The notes below the pieces were generated by a model. The model ran no database searches and had not been told where the DNA came from. It saw nothing but the letters and a program-made list of their open reading frames with translations. A stretch of 64,000 bases of DNA. It comes from Terriglobia bacterium (lineage in GTDB: Bacteria; Acidobacteriota; Terriglobia; 20CM-2-55-15). Of this stretch, positions 41,358 through 51,431 are shown piece after piece (the first letter of the stretch is position 1; each line of letters opens with the position of its first letter). Made by a program: the position numbers and the translations under genes. The stretch spans positions 365,019 through 429,018 of the forward strand of contig CBDBIN010000044.1 in the NCBI GenBank assembly GCA_965206125.1, read 5' to 3'.

Positions 41358-44003
41358 GTGCCGATGCAAATACCTCAGGTGCCTGCCGTTTTCGTCGTAG
41401 TGTTTCTTCTTATGGCTCTATCGGGCTGCAACCTCGGGCCGGGCGACATCGCCGACCCGGATGCGGGAATCCCTCTGACCCTGGCCGAGGAGCGTCGGCG
41501 GACCATCTCGGATCTACGCTACGACCTGGCCTTTGACATCCCCCCAGAGGTTCATGAGCCGATCATGGGTCGGTTGACTGCTCGCTTCACGCTGTCCGAC
41601 GCTGCGAACCCCCTCGTGTTCGATTTCGCCCCGGCTTCGGATCTGGAACTGCTGCCGGGACGCGAGTTCGTGGAATCGGTGATGGCAGGCGGTACAGAAG
41701 TGGAGTTTCGGACCGCGAACGGCCACGTCATCGTTCCGGCCGGCGACCTGGTGGTTGGGGAAAATTCCGTCGAGATCACCTTCCGCGCGGGCGATGCCTC
41801 GCTCAACCGCAACGCGGAATTTCTCTACGCCCTGTTCGTCCCTGCCCGCGCCCACACGGTCTTTCCGGTTTTCGACCAGCCCGACATGAAAGCGCGCTAC
41901 ACGCTGGAGCTGACCGTTCCCGCCCGCTGGCGAGCGGTGGCAAACGGCGCGGAGATCGGGCGGGAAGAGCTGGGGGACCGAGCCCGGATCCGGTACGCGG
42001 AGACCCAACCGATCTCCACGTATCTTTTCGCGTTCGCCGCCGGTCTGTTCGAGGTCGAGGAGGCGGAACGCAACGGGCGCACCATGCGTATGTTCCACCG
42101 GGAGACCGATTCGGAGAAGGTTGCGCGTAACCGGGACGAGGTGTTCGACCTGCACGCAGCCGCGCTCGAGTGGCTCGAGGAGTACACCGGCATCCCGTAC
42201 CCGTTCGGCAAGTTCGACTTTGCGGCGATCCCCGCGTTCCAGTACGGGGGCATGGAACACCCCGGGGCGATCTTCTACCGGGACGGTGCCATGCTGCTGG
42301 ACGAATCGGCGACGCAGAACCAGATGCTCGGCCGCGCCAGCACGATCGCGCACGAGACCGCTCACATGTGGTTTGGGGATCTGGTGACGATGGAATGGTT
42401 CAGCGACGTCTGGATGAAGGAAGTGTTCGCCAATTTCATGGCCGCGAAGATCGTCAACCCGTCGTTCCCCGAGGTGAACCACGACCTGCGCTTCCTGACG
42501 GCGCACTACCCGTCGGCCTACGGAGTGGACCGTACCGAAGGCACGCACTCGATCCGGCAGGATCTGGGCAACCTCAACGAGGCGGGAAGCTTGTACGGCG
42601 CGATCATTTACCAGAAGGCACCCATCGTGATGCAGCAACTCGAACGCATGATCGGTGAGGAAGCGTTCCGGGACGGCCTGCGTGAATACCTCGATGAATT
42701 CCAGTTCGGCAACGCGACCTGGATCGATCTGGTGGAGGCTTTTGACGCCCAGACCGACATCGACGTGGCCGCCTGGAGTCGTGCCTGGGTCGAAGAGCCC
42801 GGCAGGCCGGTCATCCGGACCGAATTGGCGCTCGACGACGCGGGGGCAGTCGAAGGGCTGGCCTTCGTCCAGAGCGATCCTATGGAGGGAAGGTCGTTGC
42901 GCTGGTCTCAGCAGATCGAGGTCCTGATCGGCTCGGGCGGAAGCATTCGATCAATTCCCCTGGAACTCCGGGAAGAGCGCACGGAAGTTCCCGACGCGGC
43001 TTCTATGCCCCGACCCGACTTCATCCTGCCGACCGGAGGAGGCCTGGCCTACGGGGACATCGTCCTGGACGATGCGAGCAGGGAGTACCTGCTCGAACAC
43101 CTGCCCGATCTGGACGACCCGGTCACACGAGGCGCCGCATGGGTGACGCTGTGGGAAGAGATGCTGGGACGCCGTGTTACGCCGTCGGCACTGATGGACC
43201 TTGCACTGAGATCTCTGCCACGCGAGGACACCGAGCAGTTGGTCCAGCTCGCCCTGGGATACGTCGGCAGCGTGTACTGGCGCTACCTTCCCGCTTCCGA
43301 CCGTGAGGCGCTGGCGTTACGCCTGGAGCGTGACCTTCGTGCGGGAATTCGCCGCTCATCGTCGTCGAGCCTCAAGTCGGCATACTTTTCCGCATTCCGT
43401 TCGGTCGTGACGACGCCCGACGGCATGGCCTTCCTCGAACGGGTCTGGCGAAGGCAGGAGGAGATTCCCGGACTCACGCTGTCCGAGCCAGACGAAACTT
43501 CAATGGCCCAACAGCTCGCCATGCGGTCTCATCCCGAGGCGGCGGCCATCCTGGCCGAACAGCTGGAGCGCATCGAGAATCCCGACAGGAAGGAGCGGTT
43601 CGAGTTCGTGAAGCCGACGCTGTCGGCCAATATTGAAGATCGCCAGGCATTCTTCGCCGGACTGGGGGATCCATACAACCGGAGGAGGGAACCGTGGGCC
43701 CTGGAAGGGCTCAGAAATCTGAACCACCCCCTGCGCGCGGCCGAGGCGGTGGTTTACATTCTGCCAGCACTGAACGAACTGCGCGAGGTCCAGGAGACCG
43801 GAGATATCTTCTTCCCGCGGAGCTGGGTCAGCGCCGTCCTGAACGGCCACAACAGCAGTAGCGTCGCCTCTGACGTCCGGCGCTTCCTGGCCGACCAGGG
43901 CAACGACTACCCGGTCCGTCTCCGGCGAATCATCCTGCAGGCGGCCGACTCGGTCTTCCGAGCCGCCGAGATCCTGGAACCAGAACAGAACCGGGAGCCG
44001 TAG
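41358..44003 (+). CDS. pepN: M1 family aminopeptidase (lipoprotein) with ERAP1-like C-terminus
   Basis: Lipobox LSGC; GGMEH; HETAH-x18-E; YQKAP. Confidence 0.9.
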   Translation: MPMQIPQVPAVFVVVFLLMALSGCNLGPGDIADPDAGIPLTLAEERRRTISDLRYDLAFDIPPEVHEPIMGRLTARFTLSDAANPLVFDFAPASDLELLPGREFVESVMAGGTEVEFRTANGHVIVPAGDLVVGENSVEITFRAGDASLNRNAEFLYALFVPARAHTVFPVFDQPDMKARYTLELTVPARWRAVANGAEIGREELGDRARIRYAETQPISTYLFAFAAGLFEVEEAERNGRTMRMFHRETDSEKVARNRDEVFDLHAAALEWLEEYTGIPYPFGKFDFAAIPAFQYGGMEHPGAIFYRDGAMLLDESATQNQMLGRASTIAHETAHMWFGDLVTMEWFSDVWMKEVFANFMAAKIVNPSFPEVNHDLRFLTAHYPSAYGVDRTEGTHSIRQDLGNLNEAGSLYGAIIYQKAPIVMQQLERMIGEEAFRDGLREYLDEFQFGNATWIDLVEAFDAQTDIDVAAWSRAWVEEPGRPVIRTELALDDAGAVEGLAFVQSDPMEGRSLRWSQQIEVLIGSGGSIRSIPLELREERTEVPDAASMPRPDFILPTGGGLAYGDIVLDDASREYLLEHLPDLDDPVTRGAAWVTLWEEMLGRRVTPSALMDLALRSLPREDTEQLVQLALGYVGSVYWRYLPASDREALALRLERDLRAGIRRSSSSSLKSAYFSAFRSVVTTPDGMAFLERVWRRQEEIPGLTLSEPDETSMAQQLAMRSHPEAAAILAEQLERIENPDRKERFEFVKPTLSANIEDRQAFFAGLGDPYNRRREPWALEGLRNLNHPLRAAEAVVYILPALNELREVQETGDIFFPRSWVSAVLNGHNSSSVASDVRRFLADQGNDYPVRLRRIILQAADSVFRAAEILEPEQNREP

Positions 44004-44099
44004 CGACCGGGTAATCCCCGTTCCTGCAGCGGTAGCGGTCGAGATTTAATAGGGACTGACGTGCCTGTCCCTATCAAACGCTCCTACAGCTTTGGCCCC
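43986..44099. repeat. Cluster of REP-like elements (family B half, AATAGGGAC hairpin, GTAG half)
   Basis: CAGAACCGGGAGCCGTAGCGACCGGG; ATAGGGAC...GTCCCTAT; CTCCTACAG. Confidence 0.6.
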
Positions 44100-44213
44100 T
44101 CATTCCGGATAAGCGTTCACAAGTTCATTCAACAGCCCGGTGGCGCTCGGTGACAGGTTGGTCCCCGGAGGTAACTCGATGGCGCTGAATGAAAGAGCAT
44201 ATCGGGAGATGCA

Positions 44214-46055
44214 GTGACCCACGAAGATCCCAGGCTGGAATATGGAAGACGGCTCGAAGCCCGTGCCCGAGAAGTGCGTCGCTACGAGCAGATTTCGCGC
44301 CGGATTGCGGCCGCCCGACTGGCGGCGGTGATCGCGCTCCTGGTTATGGCCTGGCTCGTTCTCTGGCGCGATGCCTTCAGCGGCTGGTGGCTCATGGTTC
44401 CCGCTGGCGCGTTTGTCGTCCTGGCTCTGGTCCACACCGGCATCGATGCCGGCATGCTTCGCGCCCGGGAGGCGGTCCGGTTTTACGAAGACGGGCTGGC
44501 GCGCCTTGAGGACCGGTGGATCGGGAGGCGGCGCGCGAAGGAGCCTCTGCGTGACGAATCCCATCTCTACGCTGCAGATCTGGATTTGTTTGGCGAAGCT
44601 TCGCTGTTCGAACTGCTCTCGACGGCGCGCACCCGGTCAGGAGAAGAGACCCTGGCCGACTGGCTCGCTGCGCCCGCGGATCGGTCCGAGATCCTGGCCA
44701 GACAGCAGGCGGTCGAGGAGTTGCGCTCTGGGATCGAGCTCAGGGAAGACCTCGCCACGCTCGGCGCCGGCTCCCGGGCCAAACTACATCCGGACCGGAT
44801 TCGAACCTGGGCCGCCGCCCCGGTCGTCCTCAGTGGACGGGTGCCCCGCATTTTCGGCCTCGTCATCGCGGCAATCCTCTGGACTGCGCTCGGCGCTGTC
44901 CTCTCCATCGGATCGAGCAGTGCGTGGCTCTTCTTGTACGGCGCGCTCGTCGTTGCGGCAGGATTCGGTGCGTTTTATCGTCGTCGGGTTCGATCCGTCG
45001 GGGCGTCGGTCGATGAACAGCGGAGCGACTTTGAGCTTCTGTCGCGGATCCTGACACGTCTGGAGCGGGAGAGGTTTCGTTCCGACAAGCTTGCCGCGAT
45101 CCGTTCGTCTCTCGACGCCGACGGCCTGCCGCCCTCCCGGCAACTGGCCCGCTTCGCCCGGCTTGCCGACATGCTCGACTGGAGGCGGGGCGAAATGGTG
45201 CTGGTCTTGCTCATCCTGGCGATGTTCCAGCCCGACGTCCTCATTCTTCCGTTCTCGTTCCTGCTGTGGTCGACGCAAATGGCCTTCGCCCTCGAGGACT
45301 GGAGGAAGACATGCGGAACGGCCATCGGTCGATGGATTGGGGCGGTAGGGGAACTCGAGGCGCTGTCTGCGCTCGCCGGATACGCCTACGAGCATCCGTC
45401 TGATCCTTTCCCCGAAATCGTCGACGAAGAAGTCGCAATTTTCGACGGTGAAGACCTCGGGCACCCCTTGATCCCGTCCAACCAGGGAGTCCGCAACTCC
45501 GTCCGGCTGGGGGCCGAACCTCAGCTGGCGGTCGTGAGTGGATCGAACATGTCGGGCAAGAGCACCCTGCTCAGGACCGTGGGCGTCAACGCCGTGATGG
45601 CGCTCGCGGGAGCTCCGGTACGGGCCCGGCGTCTGCGATTATCGGTCGTGGCAATCGGGGCGACGCTGCGCATCCAGGATTCGCTCCAGGCGGGCACCTC
45701 GCGCTTCTACAACGAAGTCCGAAGGATCCGCCAGATCATGGACCTTACAGCCGGGGTGCATCCGGCTCTGTTCCTGCTCGACGAGCTGCTCCACGGAACC
45801 AACTCCCACGATCGAGCGGTCGGCGCTGAAGCCATTGTCCGCGGCCTGATCGAACACGGAGCTATCGGCCTGGCGACGACCCACGACCTTGCACTGGCCG
45901 AGGTCGCCGACAAGCTGGCGCCCCGGGCCGTCAACGTTCATTTCGAGGACGACATCCGCGGAGGAAAGGTGGTTTTCGACTACAAGATGAGGGCCGGCGT
46001 TGTCAGCAAGAGCAACGCGCTGGAGTTGATGCGGGCGGTAGGTCTGGAAGTGTGA
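44214..46055 (+). CDS. Membrane-anchored MutS domain V ATPase (MutS-related protein)
   Basis: GSNMSGKSTLLR, DSLQAGTSRFY, LLDELLHGTNS, TTHDL; N-terminal TM helices; no mismatch-binding domain evident. Confidence 0.88.
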   Translation: MTHEDPRLEYGRRLEARAREVRRYEQISRRIAAARLAAVIALLVMAWLVLWRDAFSGWWLMVPAGAFVVLALVHTGIDAGMLRAREAVRFYEDGLARLEDRWIGRRRAKEPLRDESHLYAADLDLFGEASLFELLSTARTRSGEETLADWLAAPADRSEILARQQAVEELRSGIELREDLATLGAGSRAKLHPDRIRTWAAAPVVLSGRVPRIFGLVIAAILWTALGAVLSIGSSSAWLFLYGALVVAAGFGAFYRRRVRSVGASVDEQRSDFELLSRILTRLERERFRSDKLAAIRSSLDADGLPPSRQLARFARLADMLDWRRGEMVLVLLILAMFQPDVLILPFSFLLWSTQMAFALEDWRKTCGTAIGRWIGAVGELEALSALAGYAYEHPSDPFPEIVDEEVAIFDGEDLGHPLIPSNQGVRNSVRLGAEPQLAVVSGSNMSGKSTLLRTVGVNAVMALAGAPVRARRLRLSVVAIGATLRIQDSLQAGTSRFYNEVRRIRQIMDLTAGVHPALFLLDELLHGTNSHDRAVGAEAIVRGLIEHGAIGLATTHDLALAEVADKLAPRAVNVHFEDDIRGGKVVFDYKMRAGVVSKSNALELMRAVGLEV

Positions 46056-46082
46056 GGGCAGTCCGCGAAAGTCAGCGTCCGG

Positions 46083-46107
46083 CTGTAGCGGCGGTCTATG
46101 ACCGCCG
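46083..46107 (+). repeat. GTAG-type REP
   Basis: CTGTAG-CGGCGGTC-TAT-GACCGCCG hairpin between convergent genes. Confidence 0.75.
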
Positions 46108-46118
46108 AACGACTCGTT

Positions 46119-46676
46119 CTACGACGTCACAAGATCCTTCGAAAGGGCGGCGATCTGTCGCGGTTCCAGTTCGACCTCGAGTTCAAAGTCCGGGTGCGAG
46201 CACCCGATGCGTTGCAGAATGCGGTCACCAATGGCGAACTTCAGGTACTGAACCGAGCTGATCCGATCCGTGCCGACCTGCCGTGGGTCGAATTGTGCCG
46301 GAGATCGCTCCCCGCCCTGTGTCGTCAGGTAAATGGTTTCGGGGAGGTTGGTCCAACGTGCGAGGAGCCCAGCCCGCTCCTCGTCATCGCTGATCTCGAT
46401 CAACAGCGTGCATCCGAGCTCACCCCGGTCTCCGAGCAACTCGTTGTACGTGTCGATCTCGTGTTGAATCGCGGGTTCGCCATCGATGCCCTCGGTCCGG
46501 ATCATCTCCTGCACCTGGTACAGGATCGTGTCGTGGTTCTCGAAGAGAAACGTCAGGTACGGCCCGAGATGGATGCGTCGGTCTTGCTTTTGCGCGATTA
46601 CGTTCCGACGGAACTCGTCGCGTACGGATTCATAATCCTGGCGGGACCGAACCTCCGTGCTCGTTACTTTATTCAT
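46119..46676 (-). CDS. DUF3501 family protein
   Basis: RIHLGP..TFLFEN..T..YQVQEM.R.E, YNEL, SSVQYLKF; follows rbr and the FeS oxidoreductase. Confidence 0.85.
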   Translation of the reverse strand: MNKVTSTEVRSRQDYESVRDEFRRNVIAQKQDRRIHLGPYLTFLFENHDTILYQVQEMIRTEGIDGEPAIQHEIDTYNELLGDRGELGCTLLIEISDDEERAGLLARWTNLPETIYLTTQGGERSPAQFDPRQVGTDRISSVQYLKFAIGDRILQRIGCSHPDFELEVELEPRQIAALSKDLVTS

Positions 46677-48036
46677 CGCCACGTTCTCCCCGAGGAACCC
46701 GTAGGGGGAATCCATCCTCGCGGTAGGCGCGAGCCAGGATCGACATGGGATGCATCGGCTTTACCCCGGCGTGCTGTTCAAACTGCAGGGCCGCCAGTGG
46801 GCAGTCGGTCGACCAGACTTCCGCGGCGGAGTCTTGCATCCCGTCGAAGGCCTTCCTGCCGACACGTTGAGACGGCAAGAAGCCCTCGACCTTCATCGCG
46901 TGGGTGCCGTCGTGCCCGCAGCACTCGGTCACTGTCTTCGGGACGACCCCTGGGATCTTGCGCAGCAGGTCACGTCCCTTGAAGCCCACCGACTGTGCCC
47001 TCAGATGGCACGGCGCATGATAGCCGAGGCTCTCGCCGGGCGAGCTCTTGAAGTCTTCGTTGAAACGGTCTTCGGTGCGAATAGACCAGAGGTACTCACT
47101 CGGATCCATCGTCGCTGCCGCGACGCGTTCGGCCGTTTCAAGGTATTCCCTCGACACCAGCGTCGGATACTCACGCCGCAACATCATCGAACAGGTTGGG
47201 TTGATCGCCACGACCTTCGCACCCGCTTCGACAAAGGGAACCAATCGATCGAGATTGGCGTGCGCCTGCCGACGGAGCCCTTCGATGTCGCCGGCTTCCC
47301 ATCGGGGCATGCCGCAGCATTCCAGGCCCTTCACGCACCCGATGTCCACCCGATTGCGTTCGAAAACGTCAACCGTGTCCCGGCCGATCTCCGGCTCATT
47401 GTTTTCGACATAGCAGGTTTGGAACAGGACGACTTCAGCCTTCTCGGAGGCGTTGCGCACGAGGCCTCGCCGGTGGGCCCACTTCGAGAACGTCGTGGAT
47501 GCGAAGTTGGGCAGCAGCTTGTCGCGATGGATGCCGATGACCTTTTCGAGGAACCAGCGGTGGGCCGACACTCGGTTCATCACGTTGGCCATGCCGAAGC
47601 TGGCACGGGACAGCAGGCCCGCTTTGTCGGGGTCCCCGAGGATCTTCTCCCGCAAGCCGACGCCGCTTGTCCGGGTTTCCTGGGCCTTGTGTCGATGGAC
47701 GAGCTTGGGAAAATCCAGCTTGCATTCGTGACCGTCGCGAAGCGTGTAGGGGCACTGTACCTCACAGAGTTTGCACTGGAAGCAGGCGTCCATCACGGTC
47801 CGGGTTTCGCCGGCGGTGATGCGGGTCACGTCACCGTCGTACTTGTCGTCGAGCAATTCGAAAAGGCTGGGGAACGAGTCGCAGTACTTGAAGCACATGC
47901 GGCATCCATGGCAGATCTCGAACGTCCGCTGAACTTCCTTCTCGAGCGCCTTCGGATCCCAGTACGTCGGGTCGTTGGGATCGTAGGAGAGTCCGTCGGT
48001 GGGCTGGTAAGAGATGCGTTCGGTGCCTTCTGACAT
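46669..48036 (-). CDS. Rubrerythrin-associated Fe-S oxidoreductase (GlpC/HdrD-like, two CCG domains)
   Basis: CHGCRMC..C, CFQCKLC...CP, CCGMP, CCGHDG. Confidence 0.88.
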   Translation of the reverse strand: MSEGTERISYQPTDGLSYDPNDPTYWDPKALEKEVQRTFEICHGCRMCFKYCDSFPSLFELLDDKYDGDVTRITAGETRTVMDACFQCKLCEVQCPYTLRDGHECKLDFPKLVHRHKAQETRTSGVGLREKILGDPDKAGLLSRASFGMANVMNRVSAHRWFLEKVIGIHRDKLLPNFASTTFSKWAHRRGLVRNASEKAEVVLFQTCYVENNEPEIGRDTVDVFERNRVDIGCVKGLECCGMPRWEAGDIEGLRRQAHANLDRLVPFVEAGAKVVAINPTCSMMLRREYPTLVSREYLETAERVAAATMDPSEYLWSIRTEDRFNEDFKSSPGESLGYHAPCHLRAQSVGFKGRDLLRKIPGVVPKTVTECCGHDGTHAMKVEGFLPSQRVGRKAFDGMQDSAAEVWSTDCPLAALQFEQHAGVKPMHPMSILARAYREDGFPLRVPRGERGDE

Positions 48037-48050
48037 GTGGCTCGGTTCGT

Positions 48051-48117
48051 CTGTAGGTGCGGTCTATGACCGCACGCTCCGAGGTTCATGAACGTGCGCT
48101 CGGGAGCGCACCTACAG
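48051..48117. repeat. REPIN-like pair of inverted GTAG REPs
   Basis: CTGTAGGTGCGGTCTATGACCGCAC ... GTGCGCTCGGGAGCGCACCTACAG. Confidence 0.8.
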
Positions 48118-48127
48118 AAGAGTCGGG

Positions 48128-48550
48128 TCAGTCGACGCTGTCGAGCATCTTCGTGAATCGGCCCGCGTGCGACTTTTCGGCCTTGGCCAGCGTTTCGAAC
48201 CAGTCTGAGATCTCTCCGAACCCCTCTTCGCGAGCGGTTTTCGCCATGCCCGGATACATATCCGTGTACTCGTAGGTTTCACCCGCGATCGCCGCCTGGA
48301 GGTTCAGCGTCGTGTCGCCGAGCGGCAGACCCGTGGCTGGGTCGCCAACCTGCTTCAGGTAGTCCAGGTGACCATGGGCGTGGCCGGTCTCGCCCTCGGC
48401 CGTCTCGCGGAAATTGCTCGCTACTTCCGGGTAGCCTTCGATGTCGGCGACCTTGGCGAAGTACAGGTACCGGCGGTTGGCCTGCGATTCGCCGGCGAAT
48501 GCATCTTTGAGGTTGCCATGGGTTTTTGTGCCTTCAAGAGATTGGGACAT
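48128..48550 (-). CDS. rbr: Short rubrerythrin (no rubredoxin domain)
   Basis: [34 protein letters not shown]. Confidence 0.93.
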   Translation of the reverse strand: MSQSLEGTKTHGNLKDAFAGESQANRRYLYFAKVADIEGYPEVASNFRETAEGETGHAHGHLDYLKQVGDPATGLPLGDTTLNLQAAIAGETYEYTDMYPGMAKTAREEGFGEISDWFETLAKAEKSHAGRFTKMLDSVD

Positions 48551-48638
48551 CGTCTGTTTTACCTCTGTTTGTTCCGGCCGAACGTGCGGCCGTCCAGGAT
48601 TGAGTTCTTGGCTCCCGAATGATCGCGCAGTTTTGATT

Positions 48639-48682
48639 ATAGATCAAATCGATTGTATCTATGTAAGATAGATGATACCTAT
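48639..48682 (-). promoter_or_regulatory. Putative OxyR/LysR operator upstream of rbr
   Basis: ATAG-n7-CGAT, ATCG-n7-CTAT and ATAG-n7-CTAT tetramers at ~10 bp spacing in an AT-rich spacer. Confidence 0.6.
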
Positions 48683-49641
48683 TTGAACTGACCCTGCAGG
48701 CTCAGCACATTGAACGAACGCGATCGTGTCCTGGGCAGGGTATCGGGGAGGCGGGATTCGATCGTGGATCTCAGGACTCGCATGACGGCTTTCTTCAAGT
48801 GTCCGCGGCGATGCACCAGGCTGACCTCTCTTGCCGGAGTCGGCCTTCGGATAGGAATCACCCGGCCTTCAAATCTGCGCTGCTTGATCGCCTCGGCGGC
48901 CATGAGGGGAAGCAGCGTGTATCCCTGGCTCCGTGACACCAACTCGATGACTGTTTCCAGGCTCCCCCCCTTCAGGTGCACGGATGGAAAGGTGCCCCGC
49001 TGGTCTCCGGAACCACAGACGACGATCACTTGTTCCCGGAGACAATGCTCCTCCGATAGGAGCCAGAGGCCTTTCGGGTTCAGCGTCTTCTCAGATACCC
49101 GGGTCTTCGCCGCCAGTGGATGCCCGGGCACCGCGTAGACATAGAGGGGCTCGTAGTAGAGGGGTTCCTCTTCGATACGCGTCAGGCCGAGAGGTGTTGC
49201 AAGAATCGCGGCGTCGAGCAGGTCGCGGTCGAGAGCTTCGATGATCCTGTCCGTTGGCTGTTCCTCGATAAAGAGTTCCACCTTCGGATAGCGTGACGTG
49301 AATTCCTTGAGGAAGCGCGGCACCAGGTAAGGCGCAATCGTTGGAATCACCGCGAGCCGGAACTCTCCAGACACATCGTCCAGGTTCCTACTCGCCAGCA
49401 GCTCGAGTCGATGGAACTCGTTCAGCACGACCTTTGCCTGCTCGATGATGGGTTTGCCGTCGTCGGTCGGAAGTATCGGCTGTTTGCTCCGGTCGAACAG
49501 GGCCAGGCCCAACTCGTCTTCCAGCTTCTGCAACTGGGCGCTCAGCGTGGGTTGGGAAACGTTCGACAGCGCGGCGGCGCGGCCGAAGTGCCGGCACCGG
49601 TCCAGGGCAACCACGTATTCCAATTGAGTGATCGTTGCCAT
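48679..49641 (-). CDS. oxyR: Hydrogen peroxide-inducible LysR regulator OxyR
   Basis: LysR HTH (HFGRAA...SQPTLS), IPTIAPYL, redox cysteines in HCLREQVIVVC. Confidence 0.9.
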   Translation of the reverse strand: MATITQLEYVVALDRCRHFGRAAALSNVSQPTLSAQLQKLEDELGLALFDRSKQPILPTDDGKPIIEQAKVVLNEFHRLELLASRNLDDVSGEFRLAVIPTIAPYLVPRFLKEFTSRYPKVELFIEEQPTDRIIEALDRDLLDAAILATPLGLTRIEEEPLYYEPLYVYAVPGHPLAAKTRVSEKTLNPKGLWLLSEEHCLREQVIVVCGSGDQRGTFPSVHLKGGSLETVIELVSRSQGYTLLPLMAAEAIKQRRFEGRVIPIRRPTPAREVSLVHRRGHLKKAVMRVLRSTIESRLPDTLPRTRSRSFNVLSLQGQFK

Positions 49642-49703
49642 AGAGGGAGTCTATCAGTTCGGGAGACGATACGGGCGGGGTGGACCGGCAGGTGTATCGA
49701 GCG

Positions 49704-51431
49704 CTACTGGATGGTTTCGCGGAGGACTTCCTCGACCGTCGTGTGACCTTCGCTGACCTTGATCAGCCCGCTCTGGCGCAGAGTGATCATGCCGTCCTGG
49801 ACGGCCGTTCGTGTCAGCTCTACCGCCGTCGCGTCCTGCATGATCATTTCCTTGAGTTCCTCGGTGATTTCCATCACCTCGTACAGCCCGACGCGCCCTT
49901 TGTAGCCCATCTTGTTACACGCCCCGCAACCGACAGCCTGAAACACGCGCACGCTTTCGGCTTCGGCGGGTCCGTAACCCATGTCGACCAACGTTTGCCC
50001 CGGAGGGTGAACTTGTTTCCTGCACTGGCCACACAGGCGCCGGACCAGTCGTTGGGCGCAGATCAGCCGCACGGATGTCGCGACAAGAAACGATGGGATC
50101 CCCATGTCGAGCAGTCGTGCGACGGCGCTCGCGGCGTCGTTGGTGTGGAGGGTACTCAGCACCAGGTGGCCCGTAAGGGAGGCCTTTATTGCGATCTCAG
50201 CGGCGTTCAGGTCGCGGATTTCCCCGACGAGGACGACATCGGGATCCTGCCGGAGGAACGACCTCAGGATGTTGGCGAAGGTGGACCCGACCTGCTCGTT
50301 GACCTGAACCTGGTTGATGCCCCGCAGGTTGTACTCGACCGGATCCTCGACCGTCATGATGTTCCGGTCGGGGCTGTTGATCTGCGAGATCGCGGAGTAC
50401 AGTGTATTCGTCTTGCCGCTTCCCGTCGGGCCCGTGACGAGGACCATGCCGAAGGGCTGCGAGATGGCTTTCTCGAAGCTCTCGAGCGACTCCGATTCGA
50501 AGCCGAGGCGCCGCATGTCGAGCATCAGGTTTTCCCGGTCCAGGAGGCGCAGCACGACCTTTTCTCCGTACAGTGTCGGCACGGACGAGACCCGAAAGTC
50601 GAGTTCTTTGACCTTGCCGCCGAGTCTCAGGCGGATCTTGATGCGCCCGTCCTGTGGGCGACGCCTCTCGGTGATGTCGAGCCTGGCCATGATTTTGATG
50701 CGTGAAGTGATGGCGTCCTTGAACCGGATCGGGAGTTTCAGCCCGGTCTGAAGCTGCCCGTCAACGCGGAATCGGACCCGAAACTCCTTTTCGTACGGCT
50801 CGATGTGGATGTCGCTGGCTCCACGCTTGACGGCATTCAGCAGGACCGCGTTGACGAGACGCAGTGTGGGTGTCTCTTCCGACTTTTGGGCCAAGGTCTT
50901 GAGGTCGATCTCTTCTTCCTCCAGGACCTCGATGTTTTCCGGCAGCGCGCTATCCAGGTCCTCCAGTGTGTCGTCCAGAGCCCCGTCAGTCGATGGGCTG
51001 TAGTACCTGCCGATCGCTTCGCGGATTTGAGATTCCGGAGCGACCCTCGGGTCGATGCTGAAGCCGGTCATGAACCTCAGTTCATCGAGCGTGACGACGT
51101 TGATCGGATCGACCATCGCTACCGACAGAGTCGTCCCCTGGCGGTCGAGCGGCATGGCCTCGTACTTGCGGGCGGTCTCGTACGTGAGCAGGTCTATGAT
51201 TTCCTGGTCAATTTCACAATTGCAGGGATTGACTGCGGGTATTCCGTACTGATGCGACAGGACGGCCGAGATGTCGTCCTCAGAGATGTGACCGAGTTCG
51301 ACAAGACAACTCCCCAGCCTCCCCCCACTGGCCTTGTGGTAGTCGAGCGCTTCGCTCAGCTGTGCCTCGGTGACGAGGCCATCCTCCATCAATAAGTCGC
51401 CCAGACGAGGCGCTAGAATTTGCCCAATCAT
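49704..51431 (-). CDS. pilB: Type IV pilus assembly ATPase (PilB/GspE)
   Basis: MshEN-like RLGDLL/RLGSCL, ASDIHIEP, GPTGSGKT, RQDPD, tetracysteine motif. Confidence 0.9.
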   Translation of the reverse strand: MIGQILAPRLGDLLMEDGLVTEAQLSEALDYHKASGGRLGSCLVELGHISEDDISAVLSHQYGIPAVNPCNCEIDQEIIDLLTYETARKYEAMPLDRQGTTLSVAMVDPINVVTLDELRFMTGFSIDPRVAPESQIREAIGRYYSPSTDGALDDTLEDLDSALPENIEVLEEEEIDLKTLAQKSEETPTLRLVNAVLLNAVKRGASDIHIEPYEKEFRVRFRVDGQLQTGLKLPIRFKDAITSRIKIMARLDITERRRPQDGRIKIRLRLGGKVKELDFRVSSVPTLYGEKVVLRLLDRENLMLDMRRLGFESESLESFEKAISQPFGMVLVTGPTGSGKTNTLYSAISQINSPDRNIMTVEDPVEYNLRGINQVQVNEQVGSTFANILRSFLRQDPDVVLVGEIRDLNAAEIAIKASLTGHLVLSTLHTNDAASAVARLLDMGIPSFLVATSVRLICAQRLVRRLCGQCRKQVHPPGQTLVDMGYGPAEAESVRVFQAVGCGACNKMGYKGRVGLYEVMEITEELKEMIMQDATAVELTRTAVQDGMITLRQSGLIKVSEGHTTVEEVLRETIQ

